In this document: positions 11,901 to 23,296 of the stretch, in pieces
Position numbering within the stretch: position 1 is the first letter of the stretch
Layout: the number at the start of each line of letters is the position of its first letter
Source: Enoplolaimus lenunculus
Lineage: Eukaryota
DNA length: 64,000 nt
Reading direction: 5' to 3'
Assembly (NCBI GenBank): GCA_030248215.1
Contig: JASANG010000753.1
Location: 1-64,000, forward strand
Position numbers and translations under genes: made by a program
The notes under the pieces: generated by a model
The model's input: the letters and a program-made list of their open reading frames with translations, nothing else
What the model was told of the DNA's origin: nothing
The model's database searches: none

Positions 11901-14900
11901 TACTCTTTTCTGATTGGCTACGTAATCGTTAAGTATCTGTTGGTTACCAAGAAGTTTGTTTTAAAGTACTCAGCTAATTTGCCGCTTTCAAGTAACCAAT
12001 TAGAAAACGCAAAGCTTTATAAGACATGATTACGGATTTGCCCAGCCCAAACCGTAATTTACGCTTTGGACATGTCCAATTCGGAATTGGCCTGAATTAC
12101 GACTTTGGGCTACGACATATATATGGTTTTGTTTTTAAGTATATTTGTCTAACGTATAACAGAAACAAATTTAGCAAAATCTTTGAACAGGGGCTCATGA
12201 CCTAATTGCGAACACTTCGGCTACGCCCTTGCTATTTTTTTCAGCGCTGATGATTACACTACTGGTTACATGCGGTCCCGAGCAATGGTTTACTATGATG
12301 GGACTGTGTTTTGGCCCCCGCCGGCCAAACTTCGAAGCACGTGTAAAATTGACGTCACTTATTTTCCTTTCGATAGTCAAAAGTGTTTTTTGAAATTTGG
12401 ATCGTGGACATATCACGGTAAGTGAACTTAAGCTTGGTAATTAATTAAAAAACAACTAAAAAGTTGCGGCCCATGTATATATAGAACAGGGCCGGATCGT
12501 TTTCCGAAGGGGCTATAATAGAGTTAGTTTAAGCTTTAGACTAATTTTTTTTGCTTAAGCTTAGGCTTAGGCTTTAGGCTTAGTCTTAGGAATAGGTTCA
12601 TCTAAACACTCAGACTTAGGCTTAGGAATAGGTTCATCCATACGCTTAGGCTTAGGCTTACGAATATGGTTATACTACTGTTCCGGCCCTGTTCTATACA
12701 AGGGCCACAGTTGCGATCATCGGAGTTTATAAACCGTCAAAAAATAATTTAGATTAGGAATCGAGTCAAAAATGAAACGCTATTTTAAACGCTTTTCGCT
12801 TTTCATACAGCATCGTTCATTGTGCACTGTTTAAGTGGAGAAACTTTAAAACAAATCGCTATCATAGTAGAAATGTGTCTGTAGCCATTTGAGGACCAAA
12901 GGACACTCAGCCGCCGCTAGGAGATTTTTGCCACTCCTAGAAATTTTTCAACCTTAAGTCAGCGAAAACCGTTGTATGCCCATCCTGAAAAGTTTTAGCC
13001 CCCCCTAGGTGAGCTGAGTGCGGGATTGGTCAAAACGCGCTGTGGGTCAACGTTTCTTGCACGGTTGTTAAAAAACGCTATCAGTAAAAATATTTGCTTG
13101 AAAAGACAACAAAGTTTTACGAATTAGATTTTGTACATTTGTTACAATAAATTTTTCTATTTCCCCCATTCCTATATATGTTCGCTAAAATGCAATTTCC
13201 GCAATATCTTGCGTACACCAAGGTGACTTTTGACGTGGTAGCGCGATGAGCACACTAAAGCCAAAAAAGCTTCAATATGCAGCACATTTAAGCCAAAAAA
13301 CTTCACTCTGCAGCGCAGTGAAGCTAAAAACGTTCAGTGTTTAATACCACGTTACCTCGTCAAAAGTCACCTGGTGTACGCATAATATTGTGGAATTTGC
13401 ATAAAGATTTAGTTTAGGCTTACAAGTTGATATCGTCAACCGAAGCGCAGGAATGGATTTATCAAACTACGCCAAAAATGGCGAGTTTGATCTGTTGAAT
13501 GTATTTCAAAAACGTCGCGTCATCAAATACAACTGCTGTCCTGAACCGTATCCTGATATGGTAAAGTGAATCTACATACCAGCGGCGGATATAGCGAGGA
13601 AATTGTTGCGAGCGAAGCGAGCTTATAAGCCAAACGCAATTTTACAAGCTTAATCGTAGCGCAAGATTTTAATTTTAATCCATGTTGTGCACACAAAAAA
13701 GTATTTCTGAATTTATTCAGAAAAGTGTTTTCTGTGGCAAACCTGAAAAGTTTTGCTGATATTTAAGACAATTTTTCTAAAAATAACTGGAAAACGTTTA
13801 TTTTCAGACTTTATTTCAAAACGTTTTTAGAAAACATTTCTATTATAATAGAAATACATTTCAAGTGTATCTTGCTAATCACATTTCTCAAATGTAAGAA
13901 ATTTTTTCTTAAATATCAGAAATATTATTTTGAGTGTGGTACCAGACCTCGATATAGGGCTCACCAGTATCAACTGCGTTGTTTGCGCTACTGTAAAAAA
14001 TTGAACCCTCTCTTCGGAGACACTATGCTGTGCTTTGAGCGTTTTATCCAATAACGGATTCAGAAGATGGGGCGAGTAGAAGAACGCCCCCGTGCGAAAA
14101 TATTTTGTGATAAAGTGGCAGAGTTTTTCCCTACCTTACAATTTTATTACCCTTAAAAAAATTTTCACATATTTAGCACACAGTAAAAATTTTGATTCAT
14201 AATTTTTATCCAATCCATTCCCCGTCTAAAATTTCTAGATCCGCCGCTTGTTTTAGCACTTCAGCGGATAGAGTCCTTAAACCCTAATTAGAGTCCATAA
14301 ATGTCAATTATCCCTAATTGTAGTGCATAAATGACTCCAGAACCAAATAAAGTTCAGTTTGAGACCTTAAAGTATACTTTAGTTTTGAAACTACATTCCT
14401 AAGTGTAACCTTGCATTATCGCTCAAGGTTTTGATACAAGACAAACGTTTAATTCAACGGATAGTAGCTATACTGGATATATATCGGTAACGAAGAGTGG
14501 CAGACGGCGGATTAAAAATAAATCACAGTCCGTAACCCAATAACATGGGGTAGCCTCTGGAGAGGCCAAATAAATATCAGTCCCTCCTTTTATTCGGGTC
14601 ACTACAGTATACGTGATATTGTGGAAGTTGTGCTAATAATTGTATATCTTTTTTAAGCAATTTTTGTCGAAATGTTTTTATTTCAGATATTTTTCATTCA
14701 TTTCCGTCGCAAAACACTCTACTATATGTACAATTTAATTTTTCCATGCATTATGCTGTCCGGCCTGACACTGCTCGTGTTTTGTTTACCTCCGGATTCA
14801 GGCGAGAAAATTGCACTCGGCATTACGGTCCTGCTCGCATTTTCGGTATTCATGCTTTCGATTGGTGAAAAAATGCCTGAAACATCCGATTCGATGCCTC

Positions 14901-17900
14901 TGATTGGTTAGTTCGCCGCGGCCAAGATTTCATTTCGCAGTATAGGGTATAACTTCAAGAAAAAACATTAATGGAGTGACCGTAGCAAAGTTAGAACATT
15001 TTAATGTCTAAACGCCGTAGGTTAATACTAAAATCTGTTACAGTGTCTGGTTTCATGATACAGTCAGGGCTCACATTTTCAAATGCGTATAGCACATATC
15101 ATTTGTTCGCGCTAACTTTTTCAAATTTTACAAACATCTGCAATTGCATATCTCAAAATTTGTACAGAAGTAAGGCAAATCAAGCGTTCACATTTGTGGT
15201 TGAATTTGGTACCTTATCATGTGCTGGTTCCAAAGTTACAAAACCTATCGTCCACTGGTGTTAGGTGCTACATACATTTGAGAATACGAGCACACGAATA
15301 ACAACGAGTATATGTCTCTAGTGTACTGGCTTATTGAGTCATGGAACTTGTGTAAACTGGTTCGTGCATAGTAAACCTCTTTATGCTTGTGAGTGGAAGA
15401 ATATAAGGGTCAAAATTTTCAGTAGGAAACTTTAAAAGCTCTGACTGAGTTAATATTCCACCATTATATAAGAAATAAATTTCGTTTAATATTGTCAAAA
15501 TTGTAATATTTGAATTTGGATCGTTTCAGGTATTTACCTAACACTTGTGATGGGAATGACTTCAGTGTCAGTGGTGATGACAGTGATGATTCTTAATTTT
15601 CATTATCGAGGCCCGTTTCATCGTGAAATCCCACCGTGGGCCCGAAAATTTGTGCTTGGAAAGCTGCGAGCGTTGTTTCGAATCAATATTCCGTTTGAGA
15701 AAAGTATGTCAAAAGGTCAAATATAATGTTCACAATAACTAATTTTTTTTTGCCTGATTAATAAAATATATTAAACTGTACCACCAGCTAGTGAGATTAA
15801 GAGATAACCCCCCACTGCAAAAAATGGTGAGTCAAATTGAATCTCTTCGAAATACGCTTTTCCGGACTACACAAACTGAGTTAAATTAGACTCCGCCAGA
15901 GTCAAATTCGACTCATCCGAGTCGCTCAGTAAAGTCGAATTTGTCACTATGGCAGAGTCGAATCATGACTCAGTTTGCGTAGTTCCGAAAAACCTATTTC
16001 GGAGAGATTTAATTTGACTAAACCAATTTTTTGCTGTATGGTTTCGAATTGGAACCAGGTGCGTAACCAGGATTTTGGTTTGACACAGATTAGCCGCTCG
16101 GTGGTTTGAGGAGGTTACAAAATCACAGACAGACGTAAATAAAGTAGAGCAAGCGATGAAATTTGATCTTTAGTCGTTTCTGGCATGAATATTTTCAATT
16201 TCATTTGACATCCAATTTGAAGCAGAAACTGAAACTCCAAACTTTCGTGTAAACAAGCAAAGGTTGTGACGCTCAACGCAAATACCGTTGTAACGTTGTG
16301 TAAAGATTTTGCACTGTGCCTACGCGTAATAATTGTTAACCCTTTCTCACATGAATATTTTCTATTTCGCCTGAGACCTACTTTTACGCTAGGGTTCGAA
16401 CTCCAGTGACTGGAGTGGTAGGCGTATACCATCACCACTCAGCTATAGGAGCTTGACGCTCGAACCCGAGGGGGCTCTCACGTCTTGTGGTGATTTAGTA
16501 CTACGTATACGTGTTGCAATTGTTAAACACGGTGCGATATATTATTTAACGTATATACACTGCGCTGAGTTGGCTATGGGCAACTCAATGTGAGAAGGGG
16601 TTAAACACTGCGCTAATGTTGCTGTTTAGCTCGCTTGACTGAACGCGTTTCGAAGCTAAAATATCGTTTAAGTCGTAGCGTTGTTTTTCAGACGGTGGTT
16701 TCATCCGAAAACGTCCATCGCTTATGTACCGACTGTCATTACAGACCAGTCTTCAAAGCTTGCAATATGCCACCGAAGCTCATTTGCGTTCGTATAACCG
16801 GTGCATTTGTAATGATCACATAGCTAGCGATAGTAGCTACGATAGTGACGAAGACGATGCTAATAACTGTAGCAGTTGTTCCCCGCACGAAACGCCTCAA
16901 CTCGACAAGCAAACCTTAGGCCTGAACGCCGCCCCAAATGGACTTCAAAACGAACCTGGCCATAGCGAAGAACTGATTGAATTCGGTCCAATATCTGGTG
17001 CTGGGAATACTGGCCGAGATGTGAAACCAACAGCTCATATGGGGATAAATAATTGCCACGGTATTCTGACAGAAAATAGAACGCCTCGAACGAATTTTTA
17101 CGGTTACCCTGAATTGCATCAATCGAATACGGTTGTGTGCGAAAATCTGGGTGGAGACGATCAACTGATGACGATTAAATCTGGCATTAATAAACATAAT
17201 TATAATAATAACTATAATAATAATAATAATAATAATATTAATAATAATAATAACAACAACAATAATAATAATAACAATAATAATAATAATAAAAATACTG
17301 ACAGCAACAATTCTAATAAAACTAAAGATAACAGTAATAAAAATAGTAATAATAACATAAATTATAAAAATAATAATTGTAACGATTTAAGATCGAATAT
17401 TGTCAGTCCAGGTAAGTGTAAGCACAAGTGACACTGGCATATGATAGTTCGTGAACGACACGAAATATTAATCTAAAAGATGCTTGAAACATATTTCAAA
17501 CTGAGCAGATGATGAAGAACGTTTGAATTCAAAAAATTTTACAAAATATTTGCTCAAAATTGTAATAAATTTATCAATCAACAAACACTGGCAGAGATTT
17601 TAGCAGTAAAAATTAAATGAAATGATACTAAAAACGAGTGCTAAGCTGTAGACACTTAGACTCTTGTATGAGAAGGGCGTTAAGCCCTATTCACACGTGC
17701 AAGTTTTTGCTGCGAGAACTTACAGCTGCAAATTGCACGCAGAACTTGCATTGTTTTTCTATGAGGCAATGAAAAAGCGGCTGCAATAAATTTCTGTGAA
17801 CTTGCACATGGTTGTTCACACATGTGAACTAAATTCCCAGCTATGAGTTTTAATGAATTATTTGCCGCAGCAAGTTTTTCGAACGGGATTTTGGACACAA

Positions 17901-19446
17901 CAGACTTGAACGTGTGAATAGAGCTTTAACGACGTTTCCTTACCATAAGAATAGAAAAAATTGTACAGTAGGAACATTACTATTTTATTTTAAAATATTT
18001 CTCTGATCGGGCGTATGCCCACCGTCTTCCTTTGCGTTCGCTTCGGGCCCTTTGACGCGATGCCGTTGAATTGACGGCTGTCAAAACTTTCGATTTCAGT
18101 TTCGGAAACGTTCGTTCTTCCACCACCACCACGTCGTTCAATTCCAGCTCGATTGACTCAACGACTTTCATTCGAATCAAAACGTTCAAATCATTTTCAT
18201 CCAACATTTGTTAGCGGTCAACATGAAAGCGTCGGTAAAATTGCTTTAATGTTTTGGGCCCAAGCACGGAACCAGGGCAAGTTCAACAGTGTTCCCTTTG
18301 GGTATTTTGTACAGGGGGGGTTTAGATACGGTTTCAATTTTTACCACAAGAAACCCTCTCCTAAATTTGTATAGAACGTATTGACCCCGATACTTCTTAA
18401 AGCAGTGGATCTGCCCATGCTATAGGCAATATTGGTTCAGCGGATAACATTAACCTGTAACGGTTACCAATTACTAGAAGGCAGCGCGCAATATATAATG
18501 AACGAAAACTCGCGAGCGAAGAAAGCAAGGAGCCAAACGCCATTTTAGTGACAAATATCAATACAAAGGTTTCGGCCCATGTTACTTTAAGGGGCGTCCA
18601 GGTTTCTGGTGGTCTATAAAATAGTAGGTTTAGATTCTAGATTACCTTTTTTGCTTAGCTTTACGCTTAGGCTTAGGGTTTCATTTTTGCAACGCTTAGG
18701 CTTACACTTAGGCTTAGAAATACGTTTAATCTCCTGTTACGTCCCTTAAAGTAACATTGTCCAAGGTTTCAATCACAATGGTGCAAATCGGTCACTAGAT
18801 CTCCTAGATCCAACGCTAAGGTAGCATAGTACCTAACATTACAATTTTTTCCAACTTTTCTGGTGGTACAACAGCACATATTTTAGACGAATCCCTCCCG
18901 TTGTACAACGAAGTCTCGCGATGGCCTAAATTTTCATCGCTCCAGCCGCACCAGCCACAATCGCCGTGTCTCCAGTCGTTCGATCGTCGATCCGCTCAAC
19001 TGTCGCCAATTTTACCCGTTCTGCGAAAACATCAAAATCTCAAAGCGACGACCAGAACGCGATTTTCACAGCCGCATCTGGAACAACATTCGCCACCGGT
19101 GGTTGCAACATTTCATCACTCGAACTGTCCACAAAATGTATCAAGTCGCTCGCGTTGTTGCGGTCGTCCGAAGTCTGATTCAACCGTGTCGACGCAACAC
19201 GCCCGACTCGCCAAAGATATTTTGAATACAATTCAAATATTAGTCGACAAAGAATACAACGAGGAACGAACACAGGACATCATTGGTGAATGGAAAGCGA
19301 TTGCGATGATACTTGACCGGGTCCTGTTTTGGGTGATTTTAACGTTCAGTTGTATTATTACTGTAATAATTTTAATTTTGGTCCCGTTACTGCAACAGAG
19401 TCCAGAAGACGTTGACTGGGACGCTGAACTGATGGGATTAATTTGA
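8920..19446 (+). CDS. Nicotinic acetylcholine receptor alpha subunit (Cys-loop, alpha9/alpha10-like), 9 coding exons, ~826 aa; true N-terminus uncertain
   Basis: Phase-consistent GT-AG exons: 8920-9255, 10265-10309, 11284-11393, 12245-12417, 13418-13560, 14687-14906, 15530-15703, 16692-17411, 18887-19446 (2481 nt). Motifs: [30 protein letters not shown], Cys-loop [15 protein letters not shown], loop B SWTYHG, loop C YNCC (alpha-type), M1-M2 GEK (cation-type), M3, M4 [10 protein letters not shown]. An AG at ~8935 suggests a further upstream exon may exist. Confidence 0.95.
10414..10624. mobile_element. CACTG palindromic MITE copy
   Basis: Near-perfect ~210-bp palindrome CACTGCAGAAAACGGTGAGTC...GACTCACCATTTTTTGCAGTG. 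Confidence 0.75.
11011..11232. mobile_element. CACTG palindromic MITE copy
   Basis: Same family as 10414-10624; flanked by TA on both sides. Confidence 0.72.
11731..12120. mobile_element. TA-flanked MITE with long TIRs
   Basis: TATGCCGTAGCCCAAGCCGTAATTCAGCCCAATTCCG ... CGGAATTGGCCTGAATTACGACTTTGGGCTACGACATA. Confidence 0.6.
12468..12706 (+). mobile_element. Merlin-like TTAGGC MITE copy (subfamily c)
   Basis: TIR GGCCCATGTA..TAGAACAGGGCCGGA / TCCGGCCCTGTTCTATACAAGGGCC; TSD AAAGTTGC/ACAGTTGC. Confidence 0.75.
15813..16039. mobile_element. CACTG palindromic MITE copy
   Basis: Same termini and interior as 11011-11232. Confidence 0.68.
16340..16600. mobile_element. piggyBac-like MITE (TTAA TSD) containing a tRNA-derived Pol III head
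   Basis: TTAA|CCCTTTCTCACAT...ATGTGAGAAGGGG|TTAA; internal minus-strand A box TAGCTGAGTGG and B box GTTCGAACC (~16390-16452). Confidence 0.6.
17196..17290 (+). repeat. (AAT/AAC)n trinucleotide repeat encoding poly-Asn in the nAChR intracellular loop
   Basis: Read directly from the sequence, in frame within exon 16692-17411. Confidence 0.9.
17684..17925. mobile_element. PIF/Harbinger-like MITE
   Basis: Inverted ends GCCCTATTCACACGT / ACGTGTGAATAGAGC flanked by TAA/TTA-type sites. Confidence 0.5.
18574..18762 (+). mobile_element. Merlin-like TTAGGC MITE copy (subfamily b)
   Basis: TIR GGCCCATGTTACTTTAAGGGGCG / CGTCCCTTAAAGTAACATTGTCC; perfect TSD AAGGTTTC. Confidence 0.75.
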
Positions 19447-19518
19447 CTGGATTGTAAATCATTTCGGACAATGCATAGATGACGGCGGCTGTCACTGTGT
19501 ATAAGCATATTTTTAAGT

Positions 19519-19750
19519 TTAAGCCTAGCCTAAGCTAAAACTTCAGCGTAAGAATAAGCATATTCCTAAACCTAAGCCTAAACTAAGACCTCAGCGTAAG
19601 AATATGCATATTCCTAAACCTAAGCCTAAACTAAGACCTCAGCGTAAGAATAAGCATATACCTAAGCCTAAGCCCAAACCTATTTATAGGCTGCCTAAAC
19701 TAAGACCTCAGCGTAAGAATAAGCATATTCCTAAGCCTAAGCTTAAGCAA
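19519..19750 (-). repeat. Tandem ~47-bp units built on CCTAAG (TTAGGC) downstream of the nAChR stop codon
   Basis: Repeated CTAAGACCTCAGCGTAAGAATAAGCATATTCCTAAACCTAAGCCTAAA; appears to be an amplified interior of the TTAGGC MITE, with a TIR-like end CTATACATGGGCC at ~19815. Confidence 0.75.
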
Positions 19751-20244
19751 AAATACTGGTAAGCTTTAGCTTAACTCCCGCGGTATACGGCTTGGCCCTC
19801 ATCTATACATGGGCCATAATTTTCAAGATACTTCTTTGCTTCACCCACATACAGTTCCTCCACACACACAAGGAACTTAATCCTGAGCCTAAGCCTGAGA
19901 CTAAGAATAAGCCTAAGCATGTGACAATGTCACAACATAAACAATGTGAGGGTAAAATAAACAAGTAAGTACTATTTTCAATTTTTTTCAAATGTATTTA
20001 TATTAAAATATTTCAATGTAAGAGACCCGTATAAAGGGGTGCGTCATGGAGACTTCTGCCCCCTAAAATTTAAAACTTCTCTTGTAGACACTAAAAACCG
20101 TTTTATGCTGATTTTAAATATTTTTAGTCCATCCCACAGCCCGCAATGTGAGCTGTTTGCGGACCGGCTAAGATATATTTAATTGTTGTCGTCGTGATCA
20201 AACAAGAGATAATCGATACCAAAAATTGTTGTATTTGAAGTTGA

Positions 20245-20425
20245 GGCCGATGTAAAGATTAGGGGCGGAACGTTTTTCTGCGGGACTGCAATTGAGTAAG
20301 CTTAAGCTTTAGACTAATTTTTTTAGCTTTGTTTAGGCTTAGGGTTAGGCTTAGGTTTAGAATTCTTACGCTTTAGGCTTAGGAATATGCTTATAATAGT
20401 TCCGCCCCTGTTCTTTACATTGGTC
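20245..20425 (+). mobile_element. Merlin-like TTAGGC MITE copy
   Basis: Same TIRs; perfect TSD GAAGTTGA. Confidence 0.75.
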
Positions 20426-21311
20426 GAAGTTGACGACGAATACGACACAGTTTATTGCAATTGGAACTGCATAAAAGCCACACCAGCAACGATACGTGCA
20501 ACTATTAGTGCATGCAGTTTAGCAACTATAATTGTTAATTTTGTTAGACAAAACAGCCATAGAACAACTTCTGTAAAGCAGGGTGTAAACGGATAGTAAA
20601 AACGGAAACGGATAGTGATCAAAATAACGCAAACGGATATTGAAGTATAAAAGTCGTGCAAATATTCACGGGGCTTTTTTAAATTTTTAGAGAAAAATGG
20701 CGGATGCATCAAAATTTTTAATATTTTGAATGAATTTCGTTATTTTTATTTTTATTTCATTTCGAACAATTTTAGTAAGTCTGTAAAAAATTGTCAGATA
20801 TATATACATGATTTATAACTAATTTTGAGCGTAAAAATAACAGAATTTCCGTTATTTCTATGACGGAAACGGACACCGATTTTTACCGACAACGGAAACG
20901 AATATCCGGTTACACTTTGCCTTCCATTACAACTCGTCGTATATACACACCATTGCATGTTATCCTAAGGCGGATTTCATTGTTTATGAATGCAGCCTGA
21001 ACTAATAACAAAGTACCCAATATTGCTTGATGACCGTAACTCAAGAAAAATACGGGTTCCAATAACAGTGTCAAACGAATAGTAATCAAAATAACGGAAA
21101 CACAAACAGGAAAACGGATATTGAAGTATAAAAGTTTTGGAAGATTTTAGACGAATTTCGTAATTATTATTTCACTTGGAACAGTTATGCAGCAATTCTG
21201 TAACGAAAGGTTGCGAGATAGATACGTGACTTATAACTAATTTCGGACGTAAAAATAACGTAATTCCCGTTATTTCTATAACAAAAATGGACATCGATTT
21301 TTACCGGAAAC

Positions 21312-21684
21312 CAGGGTGCAACCGGAACTGCAATTTACCGGAACCGGAATTTGAAAATTTTACCGGAACCAGAAAGTGAAAAATGCATTTCACCAAAAAT
21401 TTCATTTTAATCTTATTTTTTGCTCTATTATTTGTGAAATAACCTTAGTCGAACATAGGCATTTATTTTATTTGTTGTATTTTAGATTTTCGTCGTCGAC
21501 TGAAGTGAAATCCACCATCATTGGCTTATATTCTGTGTACAAGTGGCTTTCAAAAGAGATTCTTAAAAATTAGCAAAGTTAAGAAAACGGCCAAATTATA
21601 ATACCGGAATCTTTAAATCCGGTAAAAATTTACCGGAACCGGAAGGTGAAAAAATGCCGGAACCGGAATTCCGGTTGCACCCTG
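21312..21684 (+). mobile_element. hAT-like MITE with ACCGGA subterminal repeats
   Basis: CAGGGTGCAACCGGAA...TTCCGGTTGCACCCTG; perfect 8-bp TSD CCGGAAAC; highly similar inverted copy at 50403-50799. Confidence 0.8.
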
Positions 21685-22279
21685 CCGGAAACGGATATCC
21701 GGTTACACACTGCTATAACCAGTAATTTAATATTATCAAAACCATGCTAATTAACGCTCTACTTAATTGCTACCATAATCTTTAACACTCACATACTACG
21801 TTTTATTCGAAAAAGTTAAAGCAAAACCGTTAGTTACATATAATTAACAAGCAACCACATTCACAATAATTTCATGGTATAAAATCCTTTGCAACCCAGG
21901 AATGCCAAAAGTATGTTTCGTAGTTAATTGTGAAAGATGTATAACTCAAACAACGTAAATAAACTTACAAACTACTTATCAAAATCTGACGCACTTATAC
22001 GCCAATCTGCTAAAACAGTTATTGGTTTTAAAATCATTAATTTTCTACTTAAATCAACGTAAAAAAAATTTTCAACCGAACCTGTGAGTAGTTAATTTTC
22101 ACTTCAGCTTTCTGCCTTCTAAATCGGCATACGCTACAAGAATATTTCACATTTAAACCAAATCGCAGCCAAAAATATTGCACAATAATGGCGATATAAG
22201 TGAGTTTAAATCAATACTTAATAAGCAAAAAATTACACCAGCTGAAGTACACAATCCTAAAAACCAAAACGAAAACTTG

Positions 22280-22461
22280 GGCCCATGTAAACATCAGCGG
22301 CGGAACGTTTTCCTGTGAGACTAGAAAGAGTAAGCTTAAGCTTTAGTCTAATCTTTTTGCTTGGCTTAGACTTCGGCTTAGGCATATGCCCATTCTTACG
22401 CTTAGTCTTAGGCTTAGCAATATGCTTATAATACTGTTCCGCCCTGTTGTTTACATTGGCT
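22280..22461 (+). mobile_element. Merlin-like TTAGGC MITE copy
   Basis: Same TIRs; TSD AAAACTTG/CAAACTTG. Confidence 0.72.
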
Positions 22462-23296
22462 CAAACTTGCTAAGAACAAGCCAATCTGAAACTTACCATC
22501 ACGTCTAACATTGAATTTTCTTACAATCACCACCCAACTATTATTAATTTACGCTCAAGCTAAAAACTGTCTTTCAACTTGTATAAGGGATTTTACACTG
22601 CTCACACGTGTAGGGATTTCGGCTTTGAAGGATAACCTATTGTTGTAACTGGTTCCGTGTTTTTGAAGAATGATCAATAATATATCTGAATCTATTTTGA
22701 ATATGCAGATTTTCACATAAAGCTACCGAACGGACGTAGGTGCGTGCGCAGGTGGTCTAAGTAAAAACGTTCTGTAATTAAGGGTCTCACTCAAGCTCAA
22801 GATAGCCGAGCACTGCGCATTACAATAATTTGATATGTAACCCCTTTATGAACGGTGCAATCATATATGGTACTGTATGCGTGAAACGGTTAATATCACG
22901 TAAGGATGTTACGGATGTCCACATCTGCAAAAATTTAGTGCGAGTCGAACATCCGCGCATTTATTTATGCTGATCTTTTTGCGTATATTTTTTATTTAAT
23001 TTTGCAATTAGAAAATAGAAACTACTAACTCTTTCTCGCGCGAATTTTTATCTGACATGTAATTTCAAACTCGGATTCGAACGCCAGTCACACGAATGGG
23101 AATCGTAACTCATTCTTGTGTGTACTTAAACGCTTGTGAAATCATGACGAACAAATCAAAATCCTTGCAAACGAGAATTTGAAAAAAAACCGCATCCGCG
23201 GATGTGAAATCCAGAAATCGTCATCTGCATAAGCAAGTTTTGAAATATCCGACCGCATCCGTAACGTCCCTAAAATCCTGATGCTGAACGCACCGT

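Noticed and set aside
19519..19750. True telomere or chromosome-fusion site
   Set aside because: TTAGGC runs are short, degenerate and embedded in MITE-derived sequence.
21376..21573. Near-identical 65-aa ORFs at 21376 (+) and 50520 (-)
   Set aside because: Both lie inside two copies of the same non-autonomous MITE; no transposase motifs.
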